In this document: positions 37,656 through 51,365 of the stretch, piece by piece | Layout: the number at the start of each line of letters is the position of its first letter | Numbering within the stretch: the stretch's first letter is position 1 | Source: Octopus vulgaris | Taxonomy: Eukaryota | Direction: 5' to 3' | Assembly: GCA_951406725.2 (NCBI GenBank) | Contig: OX597842.1 | Coordinates: 25,668,001 to 25,732,000, forward strand | Length of the DNA: 64,000 bases | The notes under the pieces: model-generated | What the model was told of the DNA's origin: nothing | The model's database searches: none | The model's input: only the letters and a program-made list of their open reading frames with translations | Translations under genes and position numbers: made by a program

Positions 37656-38534
37656 GCTAAGTTGGTCCCTCTCTTCCATTTCTCAGTATAGCGCCAATGC
37701 CAAACTATCTAGGTACATCGGTATAAAACTCGCTAAGTCATTTATATCTTGGTGTTTCACAACCAACTTCATCTCTTTCAACTAAGCGACTACATCTGTG
37801 TCACTGAAAAATCCGGCTTGATCATATCGTTTGAAATATCGACAACACTCATTCATTTTTCTGGGGTTTTTTTTATGTTATGGGCCGAAATAGCTTGTAG
37901 TGTGATTGAAGAAAAAACAACAGAAATAGAAGCAAAGGGGAAAAGGAAATACAGAGACCTTACCTGGTGACCGATCACTGTCAAGAAATAAACATGTCCT
38001 TCCACACTTGCCATCTCTCATCAAACTGCCCCAAGTGCTTTCTGCCTACGCATGCCCCTGGTGGCCCTTCTGTTGGCCCCTGCAGTCTTCTGTTTACCTC
38101 ATCTGCAATCCTCTCCACCAACACCACATAGCCCATCACATCCCACAACACCATAAATATAAATTTGACTGTGCAGAACTACCTTTGTGTGTCTGCTGCC
38201 CTCCATTCTCAGATATGCCCTACTCGGTGCAACAATAAGGTAGTGAGGGCCTGCATATTGTCTGTTCCAATGTGCCACTTATTGTGTATTTACATCTGTT
38301 GTGACTTCTGATTTGTCAGATATTTCTTTAGCAACAGAGGTTTTATAATTCCCAATATCCTTTCAATCAATGGGTACCCTGCATCTAACCTAGATGGATA
38401 TAAACCAATAAAACATGGCACAGCTGGAGCAGATTGATGAATCAGAAGTTACTACAGAAGTTCAAATTTCACTTTTGCGACACCAGTTGAGAAAAAATTC
38501 CTCCTCATTTTAGTTCATTTTGTTTTCTGGTATT

Positions 38535-38817
38535 TGTAGTGAGTGCGCGATTTGAATATAGAGGCACCTACCTTCTCTTCACAGTGACGGAGACCCTCCA
38601 GAGATGACTAGTCCTTCCTCGACCCGGACACTAACTACCCGGACACTAACGATAGCAGCTGCTAGCCCAAACCCTTAGCGACGTCCTCGCACGTCTTGTC
38701 ACCTGCACGACCCACGTTGGAAAGGGCGATTTCCGCTCCCTGCGCACACCTGACAGCTGACCCCTTCCGCTTGCCCCGCTTCCGGTCAACGCACCCGGCT
38801 GCTGACGTCATCCCACA
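38535..38817. mobile_element. Solo LTR (283 bp)
   Basis: TG...CA termini (tgtag...ccaca) with a 5-bp TSD GTATT on both sides. Absent from the paralogous site at ~41370. Confidence 0.85.
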
Positions 38818-39029
38818 GTATTTTAAGTCTTTTTGCATTTCAGTTTTGAGGACGTCATTGCTTTCCCTGTCTGCTTCACCTATTTTCCAATCACTCATGG
38901 TTTCAATCACTCATGCTTCACCTATTTTCCAATCACTCATGGTTTCATTTCAGCCATTTCAGCATCGAGATCCACTTTTAGGAAATATATTGCCTCACCT
39001 ATTTTCCAATCTCTCTTATTTCCCTCATT

Positions 39030-39245
39030 TCTGTTTTCGTGGTATTGCTTTGTCGATAATAAACTTTTGGGAGTCTGTTGCCCTTCATTCTGGACGTATG
39101 TCCTGACTTATGCAAATGTGATAAAGTTATGATGACCTGTACAATAACTGAGTCAGTGTGGCACAAATGCTCCATTTGACAAATGTAATCCTTCCCTCTG
39201 ATACTGAAAAGGGTGCTAAGATGATAAAGTTGGACCTGCATCAGT
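39030..39245 (-). mobile_element. Decayed LINE (RTE-like) C-terminal fragment, duplicated at ~41915-42125
   Basis: Peptide GHTSRMKGNRLPKVYY resembles the RTE GH..RM...RLPK motif. Confidence 0.5.
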
Positions 39246-39805
39246 ACCTTGATGCACCTACGGTAGTGGGCCCTGATTAAAATTTTAGCTCATTTTTTTT
39301 TTTTACTCAAAAATAAATCTCTGAACAAGGTATAAACAGTAACTGCATGACGATGTGAGGTATATTTGCCATCTCAATATGGCTAACCACGAAGGGTGGG
39401 TGTTACTGTAGCTTGTAGCCCCAGGAGAACATCTCCTCCAGCTGGCTATAGACACATTTTTGTGCTCTATCGGTATTTGCAAAGGGAAGGAAGGATGACC
39501 TCCCTTTGCAAATACCTTTGTGTGTCTGCTGCCCTCCATTCTCAGATATGCCCTACTCGGTGCAAGAATAAGGTAGTGAGGACCTGCATATTGTCTGTGC
39601 CAATGTGGTTCTCATTGTGTATTTACATCTGTTGTGACTTCTGATTGGCCAGATATTACTTTAGCAACACAGATTGTACAAGTCCCAATATTCTGTGAAT
39701 CAACGGGTACCCAGCATCGATGAGACATACCCTTGGTGGATATATACCCATAAAACATGGCACAGAGGGTGCAGATTGATGAATCAAAAGTCACTACAGA
39801 AGTTC

Positions 39806-40700
39806 AGATTTTACCCTTGTGTGACTTGCTGTCTCGTACCATGTGCGGGCCCTGACACTGGAAACACTCTCCTGTGAATGGTTGCAGAAGTTCCTTGTTT
39901 GACTCCTCTCTGCTACTCCTTGCTCGGCTACTTTTTGTTGTTGCAGTTGCTGCTTCTGGCGTCATCCAGCAACACGAATCTAGCACACGAGCCCAAGACA
40001 TAATGTCTACCATCGCCATAGAGTTTATGTTCGGCAGCTTTTGCAACTCGACCGACATGTGGTCAGCAAAGCCATTCACAAACGCTAACTTAACCGTTCA
40101 GTCCAGTGATTCTCCCTCATATCCCACCAGTTTAGCCAATCTTCTGAGTTCGTTCGCAAATACATCAACCTGTTCGCCAGTCGACTTTGCTTTCCCCAGG
40201 CAAGCATCCGCTTCAAACATTCTTTCTGCAAAGGCCTCCATCAAACTGATTTCTATTTTTTCCACGCTAAGGCGGTGAGCTGGTAGAAACGTTAGCACGC
40301 CGGGCGAAATGCTTAGCGGTATATCGTCCATCTTTATGTTCTGAGTTCAAATTCCGCCGAGGTCGACTTTGCCTTTCATCCTTTCGGGGTTGATTAAATA
40401 AGTACCAGTTACACACTGGGGTCGATATAATCGACTTAATCCGTTTGTCTGTCCTTATTTGTCCTCTCTCTGTTTAGCCCCTTGTGGATAGTAAAGAAAT
40501 AGCTAAGTTGGTCCCTCTCTTCCATTTCTCAGTATAGCGCCAATGCCAAACTATCTAGGTACATCGGTATAAAACTCGCTAAGTCATTTATATCTTGGTG
40601 TTTCGCAACCAACTTCATCTTTTTCAACCAAGCGACTACATCCGTGTCACCAAAAAATCCGGTTTGACCGTATCGTTTGAAATACGGACAACACTCATTC
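39806..40700 (-). mobile_element. Ty3/Gypsy-type gag fragment interrupted by a SINE; N-terminal part duplicated at 37656-37860
   Basis: Peptides DVVAWLKKMKLVAKHQDINDLASFIPMYL, GEQVDVFANELRRLAKLVG, AFVNGF and a zinc-knuckle remnant CFQCQGPH. Confidence 0.7.
40271..40501 (+). mobile_element. tRNA-derived SINE, full length
   Basis: ggcggtgagctggtagaaacgttagc head with a B box. Flanked by a gctaag direct repeat inside gag. Confidence 0.88.
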
Positions 40701-41517
40701 GTTTTTCTGGGGGTTTTTTTATGTTATGGGCCGAAATAGCTTGTAGTTTGATTGAAAAAAAAACAACAGAAATAGAAGGGAAAAGGAAATACAGAGACCT
40801 TACCTGGTGACCGATCACTGTCAAGAAATAAACATGTCCTTCCACACTTGCCATCTCTCATCAAACTGCCCCAAGTGCTTTCTGCCTACGCATGCCCCTG
40901 GTGGCCCTTCTGTTGGCCCCTGCAGTCTTCTGTTTACCTCATCTGCAATCCTCTCCACCAACACCACATAGCCCATCACATCCCACAACACCATAAATAT
41001 AAATTTGACTGTGCAGAACTACCTTTGTGTGTCTGCTGCCCTCCATTCTCAGATATGCCCTACTCGGTGCAACAATAAGGTAGTGAGGGCCTGCATATTG
41101 TCTGTTCCAATGTGCCACTTATTGTGTATTTACATCTGTTGTGACTTCTGATTTGTCAGATATTTCTTTAGCAACAGAGGTTTTATAATTCCCAAAATCC
41201 TTTCAATCAATGAGTACCCTGCATCTAATCTAGATGGATATAAACCAATAAAACATGGCACAGCTGGAGCAGATTGATGAATCAGAAGTTACTACAGAAG
41301 TTCAAATTTCACTTTTGCGACACCAGTTGTACAATTCCTCCTCATTTTAGTACATTTTGTTTTCTGGTATTTTAAGTCTTTTTGCATTTCAGTTTTGAGG
41401 ATGTCATTGCTTTTCCTGTCTGCTTCACATATTTTCCAATCTCTCTTCTTTCCTTCATTTCTGTTTTCATGGTTTCATTTCAGCCATTTCTGCATCTATA
41501 TCCACTTTTAGGAAATA

Positions 41518-41871
41518 CTAGCAGTATCGCCCGGCGTTGCTCAGGTTTGTAAGGGAAATAACTATAAAGCATTTTTAGAGAGTTATAGCCAAAAAATAGC
41601 GAAAAAAGAGTTAAAAAAGGTGGAGTTGCGCCCCCTAGACAGTTTGTGTTTTGTGTTTCTGATTCTCGACCCCATGTCGAATTTATCGATTTTTTTCAGA
41701 ACTGGGGGAACTTTTCAAAATTTTCGCTGCGTTAGTTTTGAATTATGCCATTCGGCTATATGTGTGTCAAGTTTCATCAGAATCGGTTGAAAGCCGTGGT
41801 CAGGGTGAGGGTACAAGCTAACAGGCACACAGAAACACACACAGACAAACTGCTGTTTATATAGAGAGAGA
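41518..41871 (-). mobile_element. Non-autonomous Helitron (354 bp)
   Basis: Minus strand 5'-TC...hairpin...CTAG-3', inserted between A and T with no TSD. The empty site ggaaata|tattgcctc is at ~38981. Confidence 0.88.
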
Positions 41872-42254
41872 TATTGCCTCACCTATTTTCCTATCTCTCT
41901 TATTTCCTTCATTTCTGTTTTCATGGTATTGCTTTGTCGATAATAAACTTTTGGGAGTCTGTTGCCCTTCATTCTGGACGTATGTCCTGCATTATACAAA
42001 TGTGATAAAGTTATGATGGCCTGTACAATAACTGAGTCAGTGTGGCACAAATGCTCCATTTGAGAAATGTAATCCTGCCTTCTGATACTGAAAAGGGAGC
42101 TAAGATGATAAAGTTGGACCTGCATCAGTACCTTGATGCACCTATGGTAGTGGGCCCTGATTAAAATTTTAGCTCATTTTTTTTTTTTTTTTACTCAATA
42201 ATAAATCTCTGAACAAGGTATAAACAGTAACTGCATGACGATGTGAGGTATATT

Positions 42255-42505
42255 TGCCATCTCAATATGGCTAACCACGAAGGGTGGGTGTTACTGTAGC
42301 TTGTAGCCCCCAGGAGAACATCTCCTCCAGCTGGCTATAGACACATTTTCTGTGCCCTATCGGAATTTGCAATGGGAAGGAAGGATGACCTCCCTTTGCA
42401 AATACTGATAGGGCACAGAAAATGTGTCGATAGCCAGCTGGAGATGTTCTCCTGGGGCTACAGTAACACCCACCCTTAGTGGTTAGCCATATTGAAATGG
42501 CAATA
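42255..42505. mobile_element. Foldback/MITE with ~110-bp inverted arms; half copy at 39365-39512
   Basis: ttgccatctcaatatggctaaccac..gggtgggtgttactgtagc is mirrored by gctacagtaacacccaccc..gtggttagccatattgaaatggcaa. Confidence 0.8.
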
Positions 42506-42508
42506 TAA

Positions 42509-42740
42509 AGGCGGCGAGCTGGCAGAAACGTTAGCATGCCGGGCGAAATGCGTAGCCGTATTTCGTCTGCCGTTACGTTCTGGGTCCAAATTTCGCCGAT
42601 GTCGACTTTGCCTTTCATCCTTTCGGGGTCGATTAATTAAGTACCAGTTACGCACTGGGGTCGATGTAATCGACTTAATCCATTTGTCTGTCCTTATTTG
42701 TCCCCTCTGTGTTTAGCCCCTTGTGGGTAGTAAAAAAATA
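42509..42740 (+). mobile_element. tRNA-derived SINE
   Basis: Same family as 40271-40501. Confidence 0.87.
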
Positions 42741-42814
42741 TATACTGAGATGGCAAGTATACCGCACATTTTTTTACTCAATTTTCCATTAAACCCTAAA
42801 AGGTTGTCTACAGT

Positions 42815-43015
42815 TTAGACAACTGGTCCTTTCAGTCTGTTTAGAAATAAACTGCCAATGGTCTTGTCGAGGATTTTACCAGAAAATATTCCTTCTAGCT
42901 GTTCTTTGGCATAAACCCTAATGTTAGTTTGGATAGATGTACTATAGCTTGACCAGGAACACTTGTTGAGGCTACCAAATATAGTACTAGCTTTGCTTGT
43001 TCTATACAAAATGTC
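42815..43015 (-). mobile_element. Decayed LINE RT fragment
   Basis: Peptide RTSKASTIFGSLNKCSW..IQTNIRVY resembles the RTE RI.KA...F..L...W..TK.RVY motif. Confidence 0.55.
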
Positions 43016-43504
43016 ATAATCAAGACCAGTAGTGGTCAGGATACTTCCTAAATTTTAATTTTCTTAGAAATTTTACATGTTTTGGTTCTTCTTGAAAAAA
43101 CGAACCTTATCAAAAGTATTTTAAAAAGTTAAGTGTAATAAAGTTCATAATTGTTTCTTACTGGTCTCAACAGTTATCCACGTGGTTGTTTTTTGTGGGG
43201 AGTAAGCATAATAGCTGTCTTATGTGTTCGAATAAAAGTAAGGAAAAAACCAGTGGCTGAAATGGTAGTAGCAGCAGTGACTGTTGGTCATAGCAGTAAT
43301 AACCGTGGTGGTGGTGGTTGGAATTGCAGCAGCTGATTGGCTGTAGCAGTCGTAGCAGCAGTGGAAGATTGTTGATCATAGTAGTAATAGTAGTGACCAT
43401 GGTGGTTGTAGTAATAGTAGCAGCGGTAGTAGTGATCGTGGTGGTAGTGGTAGAATTCCATTTTCCTTTTCGGAAGACCAATGTATTGTTTTAATGTTCC
43501 TGGC

Positions 43505-44015
43505 CCAGGGTGTTCAAACTTGGTCCGAATTTTCTAATAAAATAAAGTTCTTTATTTTGGCGTTGAGTGAAGGTTACGTTGTCACTGAATTTGTAAAGTG
43601 GGAAAGTTGTGAATTTAGGATTTTTATTTGAAGCACATCTATGTGTCCACTGACTGGTATTTTCCTGTACTCTGGATTCCTAATTTGGGACTTATGAACA
43701 GCCATCCTTTTTCGTAGGCTGTTTTTTGTATACCTATTGCACCCTGTGCATGTTAACACGTAAATTAAGTTTTCTGATGTACAGGTGAAGTTTGTTCTGA
43801 TGGTAAACTGATGGCCTTGGTAGAAGATTCAGAATTCACATTAGAACAAGATGACACAGATTCTGCAGTTGGGCTTTCCACATTTTCTAACTGCTGATTT
43901 TGTGGTTATTGTAGAGTGCAGTTTAGCTTGGGTTAAAATCTTTTTTAAGGATTTTGGTTGCCGTTTACTTTTAATGATGGTGTGTGTTTGGAGGATTCGG
44001 TTCATCTTTGGGTCT
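43505..44015 (-). mobile_element. Penelope-like element GIY-YIG endonuclease fragment
   Basis: Peptides RQPKSLKKILTQAK, KCGKPNCRIC, FTCTSENLIYVLTCTGC..SLRKRMAVH. Confidence 0.8.
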
Positions 44016-45100
44016 CCCTTGAGTATATATATAATATTATATTATATTTTTATAAGGGAATATCAATCCTTGTGAAGCTGGGATTGATATTCCCTTATAA
44101 AAATGAGACATTCAAGTTAAGAATATTAAGTTGAATTATTCTCAATAAGTAAATACATATATATCAAAGTATACATTGGTATATGTGTGTATTTATATTT
44201 AAGTGTGTACATATACAGGTGTGGCTGTGTGGTAAGAAGTTAGCTTCCATCCCACCTGCTCCTAGTTCCAATCCAGCCATGTCACCCCTTAGACAAGTGT
44301 CTTTTTATCGACATGGGCTGATAAAATTCATGTCAGTGGATTTCGTAGACACACTCGTAAAAGCATTTCTCACATACTTATATATTAAATAGTAAAAGAT
44401 TATAACTCTTTCCACAAAATAACACGGAAGGGCACAATATATTGAGCAAATATTTTTTTTCTTTTGAAAACAAAATGAGCTATTAAACCCTTTTACTTTT
44501 ACAAATTTTCTTTTGTCTTTCTACAAAAAAGAACACTAAAAAAACGAGGCAATAAACCTCTTAGACTTAGACACCGAGTCTCTTCAACCATCCCCTATCA
44601 ATTCTCTTGCCGCCTGCAGGCAATCCCTCAGCCGCAAGTCAGGGCACCAAAAGATATAATTGTAATATTTCTCCGAACAGGACTCCCCTGTTGTACTCTT
44701 TCGCCCCAACTTTCTCTCATTTTCTCTTCCTGTTTCTTGAGTAACTCTGAGATGGACTGGCGTCCTGTGCAGCTGGGGGGAACACATACGTCACAGAAAC
44801 TGGGAAACCAGGCCCATGAGCCTGGCTAGGCTTGAAAAGGGTGACGTTTATCATTTTATAATTAATTAATAATGACTGCTATTTTTAGCCCCCAATACAA
44901 CCAGTCAAGTATGACTCAAAACCACATTTTCACTTTTACACAATGAAGTCGGGAGAACAAGGAAAAATTTTAAGACCCTTTATAGTATCTCATCAGCAAA
45001 TTTTACTGACCCAGGGCCAAAAAGTCTGCTCGTCTTACCCATGTGTACAATGACCATTTATAATGCTGCAGCAAATTAAAAAAGGACCAAAGTGAATAAA

Positions 45101-45330
45101 AGTGGCTGTGTGGTAAGTGGTAAATAGCTTGCTAACCAACCACATGGTTCCAGGTTCAGTCCCACTGCGTGGCATCTTGGGCAAGTGTCTTCTGCTATAG
45201 CCGCGGGCTGACCAATGCCTTGTGAGTGGATTTGGTAGACGGAAACTGAAAGAAGCCTGTCGTATATGTGTGTGTGTATATATATATATATATATAGTGT
45301 ATGTGTTTGTCCCCCTAGCATTGCTTGACG
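45101..45330 (+). mobile_element. tRNA-derived SINE, second family
   Basis: gtggctgtgtggtaag A box, ggttcagtccc B box, cttgggcaagtgtcttct..ggatttggtagacggaaactgaaagaagcc. Confidence 0.85.
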
Positions 45331-47265
45331 ACAGATGCATGTGTGTGCATATATATATATATATTTCACACACACACACACAACCTTTGACATATCTTCT
45401 AACGTTTTTTTTTTTAAAACTTAATAGCGTTCGGTTAATCACTATACATATCCATCATATTCTGTAAAATGTCTTATTGACAAGTTTTTATTTCTTCATT
45501 TCCCTGAAGAGAAGATTCCATTATTTTACACCATTTTATTCCTTTGGAATAATACCAGTGATATCTTTGAAACATGTGTCAGAAGTAAAAGAATTTGAAT
45601 AACACCTGCATTTAACTCCATTTATTTTTATTTATTTATATATACATATATAAATAAATTCATGTGACTGTATGGTCTGTATAAATACATGTGTCCATGG
45701 ATGTATATATGATTTTGAATGTATATGGTGTGGGTGTGAATGTATGTATGAAATATTCAATTGTATATGGTATGTGTGTATATATATATGATGCTGATGA
45801 GTATGCCTGTGTATAATCAATATATTTTATATACCTACAAGCATTGTACATAAAACATTACTGTTAATAAACATTTGTTGATACATCTCATTCTCTATTT
45901 TCTTTTGCTTCCATTGAGTGCTCAAACTTTTCATGTTGACAAGGGGCCCCCGCCTCACCTGAATTTCATTTTCTAATCAAGTTCTTGCTAAGGGTTGGTG
46001 CTGAAGTCCATCATGAACCCTGGGACTTACAAGACTTACATCGGTTGTCAAGCAATGCTTGGGGGACAAACACATACACACATGGGCTTCTTTCAGTTTC
46101 CTTCTACCAAATCCACTCACAAGGCTTTGGTCAGATAAGGCTATAGTAGGAGACACTACATCTTATGTAGTTTCTACTTACGTCTTTTCTCCAGATTGAG
46201 CAGGACCATCTACCTGAAGGGATTTGTGATTTGTCTGCCTTCCTACTTACTAAGACTGGGTTTTGCTGGATTCACTCTAAGGCCCTTTGATTCTAGACCT
46301 TTGTAAGAATTAGCACTTCCTTCTCTAAGCCTAGATTCGAAATCGAACCCAAGAATCATCGGTCGTCAAAAACCAATACATTTAGAGGCGCGAAATTTTA
46401 GAATCTCTTTGTTCTGTCAAAAATTGATTGATCATCTCCCTTTGACCTGCGACCTCAGCCATGTCAGGCAAAGTTCAACTAGACAAGCGCTGACCTACTT
46501 AAGTAGTAACTCTGTTGCAGTATGTCTATCTTTCTAGCTGTTTCAAATATTATAAATACAAGGGAAAAACAGAGAAAGAAACACAATCGCAGCTGACACA
46601 CCAGCAGACAGATTTGTCTCGCCCCGCGTTTTGGAGACGACAGAGAAATGCCTACAGGCTACTGTTTCGAATGATTCACGCACACATCCACACGCACAAA
46701 CATATTCATCTTTAATATGTGTTCTATACAAGCAATGCGTAGCATTTGCTTACATTTGTATGTAGTGTACTTATAACCTTGTAAATAAATCCCTTTTTAA
46801 TCATGAAACAGTTTATGTATTTATTTACGTACACACACATCCACTACACCTTGCTTTCACACCTGAAACTTCTTCTCTAGTTCTGGTGTGGCTCAGCTAT
46901 TAGAGCAAAGTCATCAGCATACAATAACCGGTTCTTTTGGTCAAACTATTGTATCTCCAGCTGCTTCAGATGCCAAGATATCAAAAATTGTCAAAGTGTA
47001 GTACAACGGTTTTACTATGGAATGGTGAAACCATTTTTTCATTTTCTGAAAAAGCAACATTTTGGACTTACGACACTTTTGCATAATAGCAACGAACACA
47101 TTTTTGCCAGCTGAGTGAACTGGAGAACTGTGAAATAAAGTGTCTTGCTAAAGAACACAACCTGTCACCAAGAATTGAACTCTGGACCTTATGATCATGA
47201 GCCAAGTATCCTAACCAAGAAGCCACAAACCTTGGAGTTAGAAGATGGCAACAAAATATTTTACA

Positions 47266-48550
47266 GTAAAGATTGTTTGGCAATATAACATGGCAGTCCT
47301 GGTTTAGGACTAATGTTGCTGTAATTTTGCCCCAGGAGACATCGTCTCCAGCTGGCTATATGACATGATCTGTGTCCTTATATTTTCGATCAAGGGAATC
47401 TAGCACCCAACTCAGCTCAAAACAATATCTGTGTATCACAATTTTTGGGTTATTTCCCTTCATCGGCACAGAATAATTGTTTGGCCAGAGGTGGTGCTGC
47501 CAAATTCCCCTTTGAAATATATAGTTTTTAAAGTGACAATGATTTATAAATTAGAAAATTACTATTTTTAAATCTCACAACATGAGATATTCAGCGATAG
47601 TACTTTGTAGTAAATTGTTTGCCAACATAACATGGCGGTCCTGGTTTAGGACTAATGTTGCTGTAATTTACCCCCCGCAGACATTGTCTCCAGCTGGCTA
47701 TACGACACGATCTGTGTCCTTATATTTTCAAACAAGGGAATCTAGCACCCCCACTCAGCTCAAAACAATATCTGTGTATCGCGATTTCTGGGTTATTTCT
47801 CTTCATCGGCACAGAATAATTGTTTGGCTAGAGGTTGTTGTTTGTTCCTTCTCAAGCCATGCCTGGCTCATAGGGCTGGCTTTCCCGGTTTCCTTGGCGT
47901 ATAGGTTCCCCACCTGGACAGGATGCTGGTCCGTCGCAGGTGAGCTGCAAGATGCAGGAGGAAAGAGAGAGAGAAAGTTGTGGCGAAAGAGTCAGCAGAA
48001 GTTCACCATTATCGTCTGCCAGAGCCGCGTGGAGCTTAGGTGTTTCGCTCATAAATACACACATCGCCTGGTCTGAGATTTTAACCTGTGATCCCTCAAC
48101 CACGAGTTCGCTGCTCTAACCACTACGCCATGTGCCTTCTCATATATATATATACATGTTTGTTCCTTCTCGAGCCATGCCTGGCTCATAAGGGTCGGTT
48201 TCCCAGTTTCCTTGGTGTATAGGTTCCCCACCTGGATTGGACACCGGTCCGTCTGCTGGAGCCTCGTGGAGCTTAGGTGTTTCACTCATAAACACACACA
48301 TCATCCGGTCTGAGATTCGAACCCACGATCCCTCAACCGCGAGTCCGCTGCTCTAACCACTAGGCCATGTGTCTCCACTTGGCTAGAGGTGGCGCTGCCA
48401 AATTCCCGTTCGAAATATAGTTTTTAAAGGGACATCTAATCACTGATTTATAAATTAAAAAATTACTATTTTAAATCTCACAATGAGAGATATTCATCAA
48501 CATTACTTTGTAGCCATGTTATGTTGGCAAACAGTGTTTACTACAAAGTA
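47266..48550. repeat. Tandemly duplicated MITE-related repeat (~345-bp offset); second copy interrupted by a SINE dimer
   Basis: aacatggc.gtcctggtttaggactaatgttgctgtaattt at ~47288 and ~47629. Shares ccaggagac..gtctccagctggct with the foldback family. Confidence 0.7.
47836..48378 (-). mobile_element. tRNA-derived SINE dimer with 12-bp TSD
   Basis: Minus head gtggagacacatggcctagtggttagagc..ggttcgaatc. TSD TTGGCTAGAGGT at 47824-47835 and 48379-48390. Confidence 0.88.
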
Positions 48551-48557
48551 CTGTTAT

Positions 48558-48612
<55 letters not shown>

Positions 48613-48759
48613 TCTCTCCTTCTTTTTTCTGTGTCCCTTTCTGTAGAAGAGCGTAGGCTCGAAACGTAAAAGACTTTTTCTATTCCTGAGCGTTATACTA
48701 ATACATCTGTTTGTTTTGTACACCACCTGTCTTCGTCTTTTGTTTTTTTCGTAAACTCT

Positions 48760-48807
<48 letters not shown>

Positions 48808-48810
<3 letters not shown>

Positions 48811-49184
48811 TACTCTTTTACTTGTTTCAGTCATTTGACTGCGGCCATGCTGGAGCACCGCCTTTAGTCGAGCAAATCGACCCCGGGACTTATTCTTTGT
48901 AAGCCCAGTACTTATTTTATCGGTCTCTTTTGCCGAACTGCTAAGTGACGGGGACGTAAACACACCAGCATCGGTTGTCAAGCAATGCTAGGGGCACAAA
49001 CACAGACATACAAACACACATATATATATATACACATATATACGACAGGCTTCTTTCAGTTTCCGTCTACCAAATCCGCTCACAAGGCATTGGTCGGCCC
49101 GGGGCAATAGCAGAAGACACTTGCCCAAGGTGCCACGCAGTGGGACTGAACCCGGAACCATGTGGTTGGTAAGCAAGCAACTTA

Positions 49185-49231
<47 letters not shown>

Positions 49232-49390
49232 CTACGGGCTTCTTTCAGTTTCCATCTACCAAATCCACTCACAAGGCTTTGGTCGGCCCAAGGCTATAGT
49301 AGAAGACACTTGCCCAAGGTGCCACACAGTGGGACTGAACCCGGAACCATGTGGTTGGTAAGCAAGCTACTTACCACACAGCCACTCCTA
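48808..49390 (-). mobile_element. tRNA-derived SINE, second family, with duplicated head
   Basis: Reverse complement of the 53531 element. Head present twice. Confidence 0.85.
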
Positions 49391-50065
49391 TCTCACACTG
49401 TGAGATTTAAAAATAGTAATTTTCCAAAATACTTTACCTTCTAACAATAATGGAAATGGAATTTTCCTTGTCTATTATTGTAATATCTGACTTGTGTTCT
49501 CTGTTCCGATCCACTGAAACTGGAAAATCCCGCAACATCTTGCGTGTTTCCACTGACGATGCACATTGAGCGGAGCTTCTAGCTTCATTTCTCTGAAGTC
49601 TTTGCATTTTATGATGATTCATGAAAATTTAGACTGAAAGAGCTTAGCAGTGAACTGATGTCCCAACGAGGCAAAGTGTCCTAACAATATTGACGTTTGT
49701 TTTACAATAACAACATTGAGTTGACCCAACTGGTGACAGAGGAAGTGGTGGTGGTGGTCATCGGAAGTGATGACTTGGCAAAAAGAAATTAAGCAAATAA
49801 TTAAATAAAGAAAGGATTGGTGACTTCTTCAGGAATGTTATCATAAATATTGGGTTTCATACAGTGAACAAATAAGGAAAACAAATACTGTATGGATGTG
49901 TGTGTGTATGTATCAAGCCATTTATTTATCTATCCATTTATCTATCTACTCATCTTTCTATCCATCTATCTATCTACCTATGCATCTGACTATCTATCAA
50001 TATATCTATTTACCTCTCTATTTGTCTATCTATCTGTCTATTCATCCATCAACCCATCTTTCTGT

Positions 50066-50260
50066 CTGTATGTATGTATGCATGTGTATATATGTATGTA
50101 TGTATGTATATGTGTATGTATGTATATGTGTATGTATGTATATGTGTGTATGTATGTATATGTGTATATGTATGTATATGTGTATATGTATGTATGTATG
50201 TATAAATATATATATGTATGTATGTATATATATATATGTATGTATGTATATATGTATGTA

Positions 50261-50296
<36 letters not shown>

Positions 50297-50422
50297 TGTA
50301 TGTATATATGTATGTATGTATGTATATATGTATGTATGTATGTATATATGTATGTATGTATATATGTATGTATGTATATATGTATGTATGTATATATGTA
50401 TGTATGTATATATGTATGTATG

Positions 50423-50456
<34 letters not shown>

Positions 50457-50740
50457 TATATGTATGTATGTATATATGTATGTATGTATGTATGTATATA
50501 TATATATATGTATGTATGTATATATATATGTATGTATGTATATATATATATGTATGTATGTATATATGTATATATGTATGTATGTATATATATACGTATG
50601 TATGTATTTATGTATGTATGCATTTATGTATGTATATATATATATATATGTATGTATATATATATATGTATGTATATATATATATATGTATGTATGTATA
50701 TATGTATATATGTATGTATGTATATATATATGTATGTATG

Positions 50741-50771
<31 letters not shown>

Positions 50772-50816
50772 ATATATATATGTATGTATATATATATGTA
50801 TGTATGTATGTATGTA

Positions 50817-50852
<36 letters not shown>

Positions 50853-51241
50853 TGTATATATATATATGTATGTATATATATATGTATGTATGTATATATG
50901 TATGTATGTATATATGTATGTATGTATATATATATATATGTATGTATGTATATATGTATGTATGTATATATATATATGTATGTATATATATGTATATATA
51001 TATGTGTATGTATGTATATATGTATGTATGTATATGTATGTATGTATATATATGTATGTATGTATGTATATATGTATGTATGTATATGTATGTATGTATA
51101 TATATGTATGTATGTATGTATATATATATATGTATGTATATGTATGTATGTATGTATGTATATATATGTATGTATGTATGTATATATATATGTATATGTA
51201 TGTATGTATGTATGTATATATATGTATGTATGTATGTATAT

Positions 51242-51289
<48 letters not shown>

Positions 51290-51317
51290 GTATGTATATA
51301 TATGTATGTATGTATAT

Positions 51318-51365
<48 letters not shown>

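Noticed and set aside
43167-43481. Thr-rich mucin-like ORF
   Set aside because: Translation of a degenerate (GTA/GTG)n trinucleotide tract.
48310-48378. tRNA gene
   Set aside because: The A and B boxes belong to a SINE head followed by SINE body and flanked by a TSD.
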